A program made the translations under genes and the position numbers. The notes below the pieces were generated by a model, which was not told the origin of the DNA, made no database searches, and was given only the letters and a program-made list of their open reading frames with translations. Below are positions 1 through 12,687 of a DNA stretch of 64,000 nt, in pieces (position 1 is the first letter of the stretch; each line of letters starts with the position of its first letter). The DNA is from Thalia democratica. Its lineage: Eukaryota. The stretch spans positions 70,122,001 through 70,186,000 of the forward strand of contig OZ241830.1 of NCBI GenBank assembly GCA_965202585.1, in the 5' to 3' direction.

Positions 1-902
1 AACTACCATTCTATTTTTGTTGACTTGAAAAAATATAAAGTCTTTCTCGTATTTTAAAATTTACGTATTGGTTACATAACTACAAATCTAGCTTCTGAAA
101 AAAACGTCGCAAACTTGAACTTACGACCTCGAACAGACATTATGTCATTTAGCAGTGACGTCATTTTAACTCTTGATGGCGGCCAGCTTATTAGAAAATC
201 AAAAATCACATATTGGTTGTTTTAAATGTTGTAAAGCAAATGACAAATTATGTATTTAGAACAGTTTGTAATAAAGTACACAAAATTGAAACAAAAAATA
301 CTTTTAAGAAAACTATCAAGTACTTAGTAACCATAACCGTTTGACACAATGATGTTTCTAGTTGTATGCATTTCAAAAAGATACTTTATTGTGTTTTACT
401 GTCTTATAGCATGTTTATACATCCTGTAATTTCAACTACATACGTTTTATACTTTATATCGTAATCGTGTTAACTGATATATTAGCTTCATACCATCAGC
501 GACAATGAAGCAGTAGCTTATAAATAATCTAATGTTTTATACTAGTAATCAACTAGCTTTACACAAATTGATTGACAATGTAGTGAGTACTCAAGCAGTT
601 GAATCAGTTCAGACTTTTTCTGACAATCTATATTCGACTGTAATTAGTTAAATATAGACATTTTATTGCTCATGTCACCGAGCCCTCGTCGGTGTCGATT
701 ATGACGTCACAAAGTGAGCAACTAAGAGATATTTTGATACTCGTCGGCGTTGCTTGCAGCGCTACAAGCTGATGTGAATTTTTAATTAACTTATGCAATT
801 TATAAATTACTTTCAGCAACAGTTTCCGAGTTGTATATGTATATATATAAAATTTTCTACTTAATTACGTGCAGCACAACAACTTGTATAGTCTACCAAA
901 GG

Positions 903-1049
903 TCGGCAAGGGGCAATTGAGACAGAGACAAGCCTCAATTCGACGTCGCAAGTTGCTTGTCGGCCGACGTCAGGTTCGTGTGTGAGATCGGATCTTTTTA
1001 ATTGCTCCTCCCCAATTTGTAGCGAGGTTGCCTAGCAACAACCGGCATT
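903..1049 (-). other. Highly conserved non-coding element E8, copy 1
   Basis: 3 mismatches in 147 bp vs 29195-29341; X-box GTTGCCTAGCAAC at 1027-1039. Confidence 0.9.
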
Positions 1050-2513
1050 GTTTATGATTGACACATTCACTGAGCACAGTTAAGGTTCCTGTTCTGTTTT
1101 TACGTCACAATAGCGGTTTGAGCTGATCTTTTGTTGGAGAATACTGTTTAAAAGTTCTATTACATCATCGTTTACGAATCATGTAGGGTGAGCTTTAAGA
1201 TATTAAACTGCTAATTTCAAAAAGAAAATCTAAAACGGTATTAACTTGAATTGTGAATGTTATATTTTAAGACTGAAATTTTACTTGCATTTGAAAGGAA
1301 CTTTTTTATTTAACTTTCATTCGTCACTAAATATTTTACATCAAGTTTATAAAAGTATGTAATGTTAGCCATACTTGTTTCCAGAAAAGTTTTTTTTGTT
1401 AAATTTTATTTAGTAAGTCAAAGTTTTTAGACATTGTTGTATTTGCCATCAGCAATCAAATAAAATAAATAAAATGTTTCTTATTTAAGGTCAAGAAAAA
1501 TTGATAAGGCTGTTCACAGAGAAACATAACAAAACATTAACTTTTTTCTCACGCAACTGTTTTATTTGCGGAAAATTTTGAGTGAGTATTGAGACGTTAA
1601 AAAAAAGTAAATGCCCTAATTTAAATTTTTAGTTGTTTTATCGCATCATTATTGAATATTGTTTATAATGAGATAAATCTGATTTTTGAAATATATATCT
1701 TTTTAAAGTAAATCTTTATAGACAATGTAAAACTGAATTTATTTGTATGTTTAAGCGTCGTTGAATATGATTTAGTTGCAGTTGTTTTTAATTATTGTAA
1801 ACATATTTTGTAACTTATTTAAAATCCAATAAAATAGTTAGCTTAATTCTTACATTTTTATAGCATAAGTATTCCTTTTTCTCTTAAGCCGTTAAACTTG
1901 TATGTTTTTAAAAAAATTAAACTAAAAGTAACTACTTAGTGTTAAACGATCAAAAAAAAAAACGCCGTAAAAGATATAGAAATTGAAAAGTAAAATATTT
2001 TTATTTTTGTGTTGTAAATACTTTGTCTATAATAAAAATAAAATTCAGCAGTTAAATGGAATGTTCATAAACTTCGGTAAATGAACAACTAAAGTCTTTT
2101 TAATTGAATGGAACGAATTTTTTTAAAGTAGAAAATTTGTTTAATGAAGCTTGTTGTTTAAGAAACATTAATTAATTTAATTTCATTTTTATTAAAAGTA
2201 AAATAAAAGTGTTTTTTAGTTGTTTCTATAGTGTTGTCAATACAAAACATATATAAAACACTGCAATTTATCCGCACGAATTGATTTATTTATCGGACAA
2301 TTTAGTTAATTTGACTTACAGTTTATTAGGTAAACGAGTGAAATCAACTTAAAAAATTGTATTATAAATCTTTTTTTTTTGCAAAACAAGAAAATCAAAA
2401 CCTTAAGCAATCAGGTTTTTTCACTCAACATTTCAAAATTGAAAAGTTCATGTTTGTAGTTTTGTATTGTTCTTAAAGTGTATAAAAATGACTTAATCCA
2501 AGTAGTTTCTAAA

Positions 2514-2580
2514 GTGAGACAAGCTCAAGTTTACGAAAGGGTCGATCATCAGACCACTTGTAAACTTGAGCTTGTCTCAC
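2514..2580. repeat. 67-bp hairpin with perfect 21-bp arms
   Basis: gtgagacaagctcaagtttac (2514-2534) is the exact reverse complement of 2560-2580; further pairing aag-ggtc/gacc-a-ctt inside. Confidence 0.9.
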
Positions 2581-5500
2581 GGTATACCAGAGTCCAGGCT
2601 TCTGCTCTGCAGACTTTTGCCGATTTTTTTGTTGAAAGCTATGTACACTTAACTTTCTTCTTTTTTATTTTATAGTTAATAGAAGCTTAATATAAACTTA
2701 AAAGTTAAGATTAAAAAAAGTTGAAGTTAGATGGTTTCCTGCCATCAGAAGCTGGTTTAAAAGATTTGCTACCAGCAACCAATAGCTATCGTTTATATAG
2801 CAACAAGTCACTAAAATACTTAAAAAAAATTATTATCCATCTTGTCTTGGGTTAGAAGATTAATTTTCCATTTTTCAAAAAGTATACTTGAGAGGATTTA
2901 AGACGGCGTCATAGTTAGAAAACAACAAAAGAATTTGTGGTTTTAATGAAAAAGAAGCGATAAGAAACTTGACTTGAATATAAAAACAACTTTGGGATGA
3001 ATACAAGATAGTTTATACAGTACAAAATTAAATATTTTTATCACATTTTACTTTGATAAACTTAATAAAAAACTTGTAACTATGAAAGCTTCTTATTTCA
3101 ACAATTTGTAACTCTTTTCTAAGTAGTTAAAACAATATAAAAAATACTGTTAGATCATGTTTTTATTATATTTTATTAGTACGAGGTGTTCACTATCTTT
3201 CAAGAACAAATATTTTTTAACGCTGTTTATGTAAGGTAACATGTATGAAAAAGTTGAGCAAGAAGCTTTTAAGGTTTGCAGTTTTGCCATATCATCAAAA
3301 CCCTAATTCTAAAAAAAAAATATATAATTTTTTCACAAAAAACCTAACTGCTTTTTTATTATAGTAACTGCGCAAAAAATAAGTCTTCTAATTACATGTG
3401 TTTTGTAATAACTACTATTTAGTTCTTAAAACAATCAGAAATTTTCAAATTTTTTTGTTTGAATCAAGCTACCTCTGTACTGTTTTATTGCAGATATTGT
3501 TCTTCACTTAAAATCAGTAAAAATTATCTTAAAACTGCCGCTTATTGAAATAACGGACGACTTTTATTTGAAAGATCGTAACAAGCCTCGTTTTGTTTGA
3601 CTAATAATTTCACTGTTTTATTATATTAGTGGAGTTTATGTAAATGTAATTTTAAATTTATTACTACTTGAATGGATGCACTAGAGCTTTAAGTTTTGGC
3701 TACTAGGATTTTTAAGTTAAACTACAAGAGTTGTAAAAAATAACATATCATGTCGTTGTATACCGTAGATAAAAACGTTTCTTTAAAACTTAAGTAATTT
3801 TTATTTTATGTTTTCTCACGGCAGAACCAAGTTACAGAAACAAATGCATTGTTAACTATTGACACAACACAAGAATAATTTGCTTTTAAAAGTATGTGTC
3901 AACCAAAAATATCAAACTGTAAATTAAATTCCAAATTTAAAAATTAAAAGAAAAATAACTAAAACATTAAAAAAAGTTTTAACAAACTTTTTTTTATGTT
4001 TTAAAGTAGTATGGAGATTAACTTATATAAACACAAAAACCTCATAAGATACTTCCTGTTTTTTTACACTACAAAATAACAAAAATCACACAGATATAAC
4101 TACCACATACTGTATACCTTAAACTTCGAAATAATTCTTTCATACCATGTGGTTTTTTATCGCTTTTCAATAAATATCACCTGATTAAACGGTATTTTCG
4201 TGTCAATATTTTTTTCAATAAGTTGTTTTTTAAAAGTGTAATTAATATGCCGTAAACAGAGACTTTTTTTCTAATTTCTTTGTCAAAAACTTTAATCTAC
4301 CTTTTTAAATAGTTTTGTATTACATATGCATATTTAAACTTTAGTAAACTTAAAAAAAAATACATTATCGAAATTGCTTTAAACTCATAGATATCTATAC
4401 AATTTTGTATGCATTTACTTATAAATCTTTCTATATTTATCTGTAGTTGTTAGCAAGCCGATGTGACTCATTCACACGCTAGTTAACACAATACAGCTAA
4501 TTAGATTAACAACACATGCTCAATCTTTAATGCAGTCTTCGTATGCAAATTTCCTATCTGTAATCTTTAAATAGATTTCTAAGTTGTAATTAATCATTCC
4601 TTCCTGTCAAAGATTAGTGTGATTAGAAGATATAAAAATGATTTCAGTTAAAGCTTGAAACACTGCAAATATAATACTTGACTGGCTAAACGTAAGTTTG
4701 ATTAATTCGATTGTTTTATTTGTTAAATGTAAACCAAAAATATTTTACATACAGCACTTTCATTTGCTGTGTTAAATATCAGATAAATAGGTAGTTTTTT
4801 TATATTAGATTTCTAAAACAAAACAGAGGATATGTTTAAAACTTGCCTAGATGATGCGAAACTGGTGGTGGTGTCAAGTCACACGCTTAAAAATAGAATA
4901 ACTCCGAAATGCGATTCAAGCTAAGCGGTATCGGTGTGCAATCATGCGTTGCTGTTAGCAACCATCCGCTCGATAGTTTAATTGTTGCATTCTAAGTTGG
5001 GTATAAAAAGGCGATGTAAGAAACAAAGCAGGTTTAGTGTAATTACGTGCGTGGAAATCTGATCGACAGTATTAAGATTTGATTGTTGATTACGTTTTAA
5101 GCAATGATTTTTTTTATGGTTTTTATTTAAATTTCTAAATAAAGAAAGCATTAAATTTGTCATATTTTTAGTTTTCTAATTAAAAATTAACAAGAAATTA
5201 TTCTCAAAATGCTGTAGCGTTAAAGGTTTTTAAGTGTGCTTGTTAGATGTGTGTATTAATAATTTTATTAATGTTTCACTAAAACAAAAAGTAAAGGGAG
5301 ACAAAAATAAGTTTAAATAAAAGCCTGTTTTTGATTTTAATAATAAAATTTTAAAGTAATGAATTTTTGAAAATGTTTTTATTAAAAAAAACTAAGTTGT
5401 AAGTGCTGATATAAGCATTAACTCGATTATTAAAATATCTTTTTAAATTAAAATTAAACAAAGCTTACGTTTAAATTATAAAATAAACAAAGCAGCTTTT

Positions 5501-8500
5501 CTTCATATGAAATAGGTTGATCGATACAACTTAACTTTTATTAGTTTTAGAACACTAATAGTATTTGAAAGATTTTTTGACTTTATTTACTTTTGTCTTT
5601 AAGCAAATGTTTACGTTAATCTTTATTACAGTTACAGCAAACCAATTAAACATTAATAAAATTAGTAAGATTTTGTAAGTTAAGAAAAACAAGTTTTAGT
5701 CATTTTGAAAAATTTTAAAATAACGACTTTAATCGAACTATAATGATTCGACATAATGATTTGATGAGAATAAGTTGAACTTTATTATGTGCAAATATCC
5801 GCTATAAATTTTTGAGCGACAGCATTTATGTTTTATTGATGCAAATATAATTTAGTTTGCTTGCGTTTCTATCACTGCAATAAAACATTTATACAATTAG
5901 TTATAAAAGCGGTCGTTAGCTTATATTTGCATTTTTTTATTGACACTATTAACCCTTTATAAAATATATAAAAATATTAAATTTAATTATTTATTTAAAC
6001 GCTTTCATCACTGGATTGTTTTCATAGTAATATTTAAAAGTAAAAAAAAAAATTTAAAAAGTATTTAAATACATGATAAATTGAAGAGTAATGTTATATT
6101 TCTCCAACTACTTTTAACTAAAAATATAAATCTTTACATTAATCAGCGTTAATACAACTTAAATCGAGACATGTGGCTATTTCTTGACATAAATTCTTCT
6201 AAATTCTTTAATAAAATAAAACAAAATCGACGGAAAAATTCAATGTTAAAGAAGTTTTAGTACAAAGCAGAAAAATAAACAGCAAAACAAATGTTTTTGC
6301 TCAAAAAACAGAAATTCTGCACTCGATGACGTAATAGCTTTCTATATTCGTTCACGATCCGTAAAATTGATTGATGTTTGATGGACAGGACGTTTGAATG
6401 AAAACACGTGTAAAATGTAACTAAAATGTCCGATTCGTATGTTAACTTGCCAACTCATCATTAATATCAATACTGCAAACTTCTTTTGATCTGTATGTCG
6501 TTTTTGCACTGCCACTGCTTTTATTTTGAAGACTAAAACAAAACATTTGTTTTTAAAACAAACTTTTATGTGACTTATCATAAAACGTTTATCTTCCATT
6601 GTTTTTTAAACACATCTTTCAAGTTCTGTTTTTGAAATAAGCTAAACATATTGTATTTATAAAACTTTGCATACAGACTAAGTTTTGAGGTTTTTTTCTA
6701 ACTTAATGAACTTTATATATAATAACACATTATTTTTAAAAATACTTAGCGTATGTTATGCGTTATTACGTTACAAATTAACATAAAAAAAAAAATTAAA
6801 TTTGATTTACTAACATACTTATTAATTGTTTTACATTTAAAATGAATTGGGTTTTAAGATACGGTGTTTAGTCAAAAACTTTTTATGTTTTAGAACTTAA
6901 CTAATTTTATTATTGTGAAACTAAAAGTAATTCTGCTAGATTAAATATATTTTAGTTGCCCTGGTAGTGTCATATTTTTTTTTAAATTTTAAAGGTTAAA
7001 CACTTTTAAGAATGCTAAAAAATCATTTTTCTAACACTTTCTTTGTTTCCTAATAAAATATATTTCAATTATGTTGTGCTTAATACAATTACTACAAAAG
7101 CATTGATTAATTTCGAACTTTTAAGGCTTATTTTTACTTGTGTTTCGTAATTAAACTGTTATGTCGGCAACAAAAAACCTAATGACATTAAAAATTGCAT
7201 TGTTATTAGTTCAATCAGTTTTCAAATTAAAATCTTTTAAACATAAGCGTATTAGCAAAATCCAAAGTATACTTTGAACAAGTATATATTGAAGCAGCAT
7301 ACATATATTTTTTTCAATGTAGTAAAAGCTTACTACTGATACAACGAAGCGTTAAACCAAAGCAAAATGTTAAATTGGTGTTATAAACACAGGTTAAACT
7401 TTGAAAGAAAACATCAGAAATATAACAACGAAAAATGATATATACCTCAAATAAAATAATGTTTTAAAGTGTTAAGTTGTCAGTAGTGTATTGTATCAAT
7501 AAAACGACAATTTTTTTTTGCCGCCAAAATTATCAATTTATTTTTGTGAAGAACTTCTAAACTTTTTCGATTTGTGAGATTATTTAAAAAACACAGAAAG
7601 TATCGACAAACAACAAATCATAAAACAAAGAAAATTTTATGCCTTTGCAGACTATCAGCTGTGACCACATCTCCTGAATTTAATTGCAAATTTTGTCAAT
7701 AAATTATGAACTTAACACAACACAAGGAAGATTCTCAAACTATGAGATATAAGAGTTTCAACTTGTGATTTCAAAGGAAGTTGCACATCTTGATTAATCG
7801 AATCACACAGCTCAATGTCTGAATAAATAAACAAACTTAATTTTTCCCTACTTACATTATGTGTTTTTTGTAGCAAAGCTTTATAATTTATAAAGTGACT
7901 AAATTTCTCACAAATACTTTCTTATTTCTACTTTAGTTGAAAGCTCAAGTTAAAATAAATATCGGTTAGAAACTATTTTAAAACAAATACTTGTTTTGCA
8001 AGCTATCTAAAATTGGTTAAATGTTATAGTGTAACTGTGTGACAATTTTAAGGCTTCAATAATGTATAAAAATTAATAACTGTTTTAGTAATTAATGCTT
8101 ATTTTTCAACACAAATACTTTGTTTTATTGATTTTTTAAACTGTCGTATCTATTTCGTAAAGCTTAACTTTAACTATTTTGCTTTATATTTTGTAGCCTA
8201 TTTTTTACTAAATAGTCTTGTTTTTAGTATACACCATTTTACTTGGTGAGTATCTAATGCTCATACAAACTGTATTGAACAGCAAAATTTTGCCACTCCT
8301 GTGCAAATCAATAAAATCAATAGTTAACTTTTCAAGTCAGGTGTCTCATTGATACATAAAACGCTCCAATCAAACGTGAGAATTTATCAATTTTAACCTC
8401 AACAAAACCTTTTCAGCTGTTCAGGGTCTTATTACACGTTGTTTTCACCGTTGGATTCCTCGAGTGTTACCTAACCGCCTTTTCGATTGTTACGTCACAA

Positions 8501-10381
8501 CATATTTCAACGCTTGATTGAGTTTAAGCCGTCATTTTAACGCGTATTTAAACAACAAAGTCTGTGGGGTGTAATGTTTTGCCCGTAGCCCTTTTATTTT
8601 CACACACAGAGCTGTTATAGCGTAGAAAAGTTTAAATCATAACTCCTTGGATCTTTAATTGTTCGAACGCCAATCGTAAGCGTTTGAATAAATAGTTAAG
8701 AAAAGTTTCCTACTAACGACTAAAAAATTTCAGTTACTAAAATTTTCTTAAATTAAATCATGAATACTGATCCTAAAACGTCTAAATCTCTATCAACATC
8801 TATTGTAAGTGTAACGATCAAAACTTTCAAACGTTTTAATGAACAATATTTAACACACTGAACTGAACACGTTAATATATAAAAAAATTCTTAAAAAATA
8901 TTTAGCTTATAAAAAGTATGATAAGTCTAATTTACTTTATTCAAGCTATTTTAGTTTAAACACTATAATTTTTGTAAAAAGTATAGGAAAAATTGTTCAA
9001 ATTCAATTTGTTGCGGAAAACAACAACACAATTTTCAATAAACGTTATAAAAAATATTTATAAGCTTCTTGTTAACAATAGTCGTTAAAATTTTACTTTT
9101 ATTGATATTATGCTAAAAAACTTCTTTAGAACGCTTAAGTAAAATCACATATCTTTAGACTGTTTGATGCTACTCATTAAAAACATTACTTGAAAATATT
9201 TAAGGTCGAAATTTTAAAAATTAATTTATTGTCAACAAAAATAGATCTTTAATTCTACCTTTACCTAAAAAACCAGCTGCAGTATATAAACCAGGATTTT
9301 TTTTTACATTTCACTTAAAATTCAACGGTAAACAAATAAAAATCTTTCCACTCCAGTAATCACATGTTATAAATCAATATAATGTCATTAATTATGTTGC
9401 TTCACAATGCACCTGTGTGCTAGGTCGGAGTCTTTATAGAGATATATAATTTGATTATATATAGGCGGAAAAAGAAGTAACAATGTTTCATAGCGGCACC
9501 CTTTGAATCTTTTTTACTTTATCTGAAGTATAAGTTCTTTTTTTTTTTTTTTTTCAAAACTTATATGTTTTGTGTAGTGTATTTAAAAATATATAACAGG
9601 CGTGATAAAAACGTACTGTATCATTTTTGTTTTTAGATGTTTATTTTTACTGCATTTCAAAATTATTAGTTATAACCTATATGGTTCAAACTTTACGATA
9701 AAAAGCTAATTCTAAATAAATCATTGACCAAATTTTTAAAGATTATACTGATTGATAAACCAATAATATTTGAAAAGACGTAGGAAATATATAAAAATAG
9801 AAAAAAAAAATGTTTTTGACGAAAATTTTCATATAGTTTTTCGATGTAATAAAGCTTAAGAATTTATTAAATTATATAATTTATTATTTTGAAGTTGTTA
9901 AAGTGATTGTTTTTAAATAAGTTTCATAACAAAAGTTAAACATTAGTTAATTAACAAAAACTCATAAAAATTTAACCAAACGGTAATGTAAATAAGCGAC
10001 AACAGAATTAGCTGCATAAATATTTTGAATTAAAGCACAAAATGTTGTATAAGTTTAGATTCAAATTTATGGCCAATCAGTTGAATAATGATTTGTTTAA
10101 CTGATTGATTTTAATATATTTATTTCTACTTTTATTATTGAGTAAGTTTAATTCAATAAATAAACTAATATGTATAATTTAAACTAATTAGTCTTTTTTT
10201 ATGAATAAAGTTATATTCTACTCAACTTGAAAAAATAAATCAGGCTATTTTTATATGAGCGCCAAAAGCTGTCGAATAAAAAGCCATAAGTAAAAAAGAC
10301 CAACAAAAAGAATAAATCAAAGTAAATTAAATAAAAAATGCAGTGCCCGCACCGCTTATCTTCAATATTATGACGTCACAG

Positions 10382-10534
10382 TTAGCTGCAAATGGTTTTT
10401 GAGGAATCGTTATGGAGGGGAGTGGTGCAGGAGAATGTTGAGATATCGTAGCTGTGGGAGGATACGGAGGGGATGCTGTGAACCTCCGAAAAATCAGAAA
10501 TCGAAGAGGGAGTCTGGTCCGAGAAGTTAGTCAC
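10382..10534 (-). CDS. isl: Islet paralog A, terminal exon
   Basis: 153 nt, same length as B exon 7; open frame [20 protein letters not shown]...KTICS then TAA. Confidence 0.9.
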   Translation of the reverse strand: MTNFSDQTPSSISDFSEVHSIPSVSSHSYDISTFSCTTPLHNDSSKTICS

Positions 10535-10935
10535 CTAAAAAACAAATGGAGGTGATAAAATTCAAATAGTAATTTGTTAATAAGTAACATTGTAAATAAC
10601 ATAATAATAAACATAATAAGTAACATAAGTAAGATGAATTAACAAATCAAAACTAAATTGTACAAATATCTCAATGAAGATAAAACTTTTTTCAAAACGT
10701 AAATAGACAGTTAAAACAAGATAAACAAAAACTGAGACATTTTCAACTACATAAAACAGTTCATTATTTTAGATAAAAACTAATTTTAACCATATAGTAT
10801 GAAAGTATAACAAATTTACATTACATTTACTTAGACAGCTAGTTATAAACTTAAACTAATAACACAAAAGTTTTTAGTTACTTAAGAGTATTTTAACTAA
10901 TTTTATGTTTAAGAAATTTTTCAACAATAACTTAC

Positions 10936-11130
10936 TAGTTGCTGAAACGGGGGTTTTTCAATTTCGCTTTGCAATGCGAAATCACTCAGCGCCTTCCAAG
11001 CTGGTTGCTGTCGATGCTGGTAACTTGATTGGTCCACGTTGTTGTCTGTGGACTGGTTAGAAAATTGTCCTGGATCGTTAATATTTTGGTTTGTTGCGTT
11101 TCGTTCGTCGTTTGAGTTGGACGCATCTTT
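10936..11130 (-). CDS. isl: Islet paralog A, exon 6 equivalent
   Basis: 195 nt, same length as B exon 6; AG/GT sites intact; KDASNSND...[23 protein letters not shown]; 47/65 aa identical to B. Confidence 0.92.
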
Positions 11131-12587
11131 CTAAAAATAGTTATAGAAATTTTAAAAAGATTTGTTTAATAATTTTCAAATATACATAATTTATTCTACT
11201 GTTTTTCGTATTACATTACTTTTTAAACGATGACTCTCTCCGCTTTTAAGTATTAAAAAACCAACCTTTTGGCTAATCAAAACTCATAAAACTTTAAATT
11301 GGTTCAATCGACTGCGCAATGAATAGTTGATTGATAGTTTTACAATCGATACAGTTATTTTCTTTCCTTGATAAACACTTAGTTATTGATTTACAGAGAC
11401 ATGCAACAAACTATTATGTTACGTAATAATCTGCTTTTGGTTATGACGTCACTGTATTGAAAAAATTCGGATTTCATATTGTGTGATGTGGATTTGAGGC
11501 TCAAAAACTTATCTCACACACAACCAGCCTCAACGCTCTTGTTTATTACAAAGCGCTTTTTATTAATGGGCAGTAGTTTTTTAATCGATTTTAGACAGGT
11601 GTTTCTATAAGAATTTATTTAGACACTACCTTGAAAAAAGTATAAAGTTTTTTTATTAATTCATTCTTTTCAGTTTAATGATTAACAACGTATTGTTATT
11701 TTATTGTTTTTAGAAAATGGTTATACTGTGTGTTTGTGGTGCACGCCTTGATGACCGAAAAGTTTTTTTTTACATCTGATCCTTAGACCAATTGTTTTTA
11801 GCATTTCGTTTTCGTGTTTTGTTAATTCACTTTTGTTATTGATTAAATAAACATTTAATAAATAAGGTTAACAGTCGGAGCAATGTTATTAAAGCAATTA
11901 ACCTAAATTTGTTTTAAAAAATAATTTTAGTTATAAAAAACTTAAAAAGAGTTTGAACTTTATAATTATTTTTTCTTTAGTAGTTGTTTACATTTATACT
12001 GATAAGCATAAGTTTCATTAAAAATTTACAACAAAATACGCAATCATCTACAACAGGGAATTGTAAGTAAAAACTGAATTTCTTTTATTGAAAAATTTAA
12101 TATTTGTTTATATTATTGTAAATACCGGAAAGCTTTCTGAAGCTACTTTCTGAAGCTACTTTCTGACGTGTGTACGTTGAATTTTTTATGCGTTTCTAAT
12201 TATGTTAATTTAGAAATTAAACACATGTCACTCGCTCATGCAAATGAAGGAAAAATACAAAAAAAAAAAAAACTAAATGGTTTTTGAACTGTAAAGTTTG
12301 AATAGCTATAAAATGTAAAAGAAAACTTTTAGCACAGCAAGTTATCTAAATAATTTTTATTAAGTTTTTCCATCTAAATATAAACTCTTCATCAAAAAAA
12401 GAAAAATTTAAAGAATTTAAATTCTTAAAAAAATATTACTGATTTGTTTAACCATACACAGTTGAAATCAAACTTGTTAAAGAAAAGTGGTTTTTATCAA
12501 AACTGAAGAGATAGTACTTTATGTTGACAAGCTACTTAAGTTAAAGATGCACAACACACTTCACTTATCAGATACCTTTTTAAAAAC

Positions 12588-12687
12588 NNNNNNNNNNNNN
12601 NNNNNNNNNNNNNNNNNNNNNNNNNNNNNNNNNNNNNNNNNNNNNNNNNNNNNNNNNNNNNNNNNNNNNNNNNNNNNNNNNNNNNNN
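12588..12687. other. Assembly gap (100 N)
   Basis: Run of exactly 100 N; homology to Islet B intron 5 stops at its left edge. Confidence 0.99.

Larger units (their letters stand above)
65..8640 (-). repeat. Old inverted segmental copy (D) of the Islet B upstream region and intron 2, without exons 1-2
   Basis: Collinear reverse-complement matches: 8300-8640/16810-17160, 6330-6510/18880-19060, 5775-5880/19625-19735, 4850-4980/20890-21050, 4440-4600/21300-21450, 2730-2790/23280-23340, 2300-2352/25804-25850, 900-1140/29130-29345, 450-760/29500-29740, 65-200/30130-30260. Confidence 0.85.
9250..12587 (-). repeat. Inverted duplication of Islet B 37310-41010 (3' part of intron 5, exons 6-7, downstream flank)
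   Basis: Continuous reverse-complement similarity, e.g. 12540-12575 vs 37315-37350, 11430-11600 vs 38290-38440, 9350-9425 vs 40830-40910. Confidence 0.92.

Noticed and set aside
12126-12170. Short 14-bp tandem duplication (ctttctgaagctac) in paralog A intron
   Set aside because: Ordinary slippage; too short to suggest function
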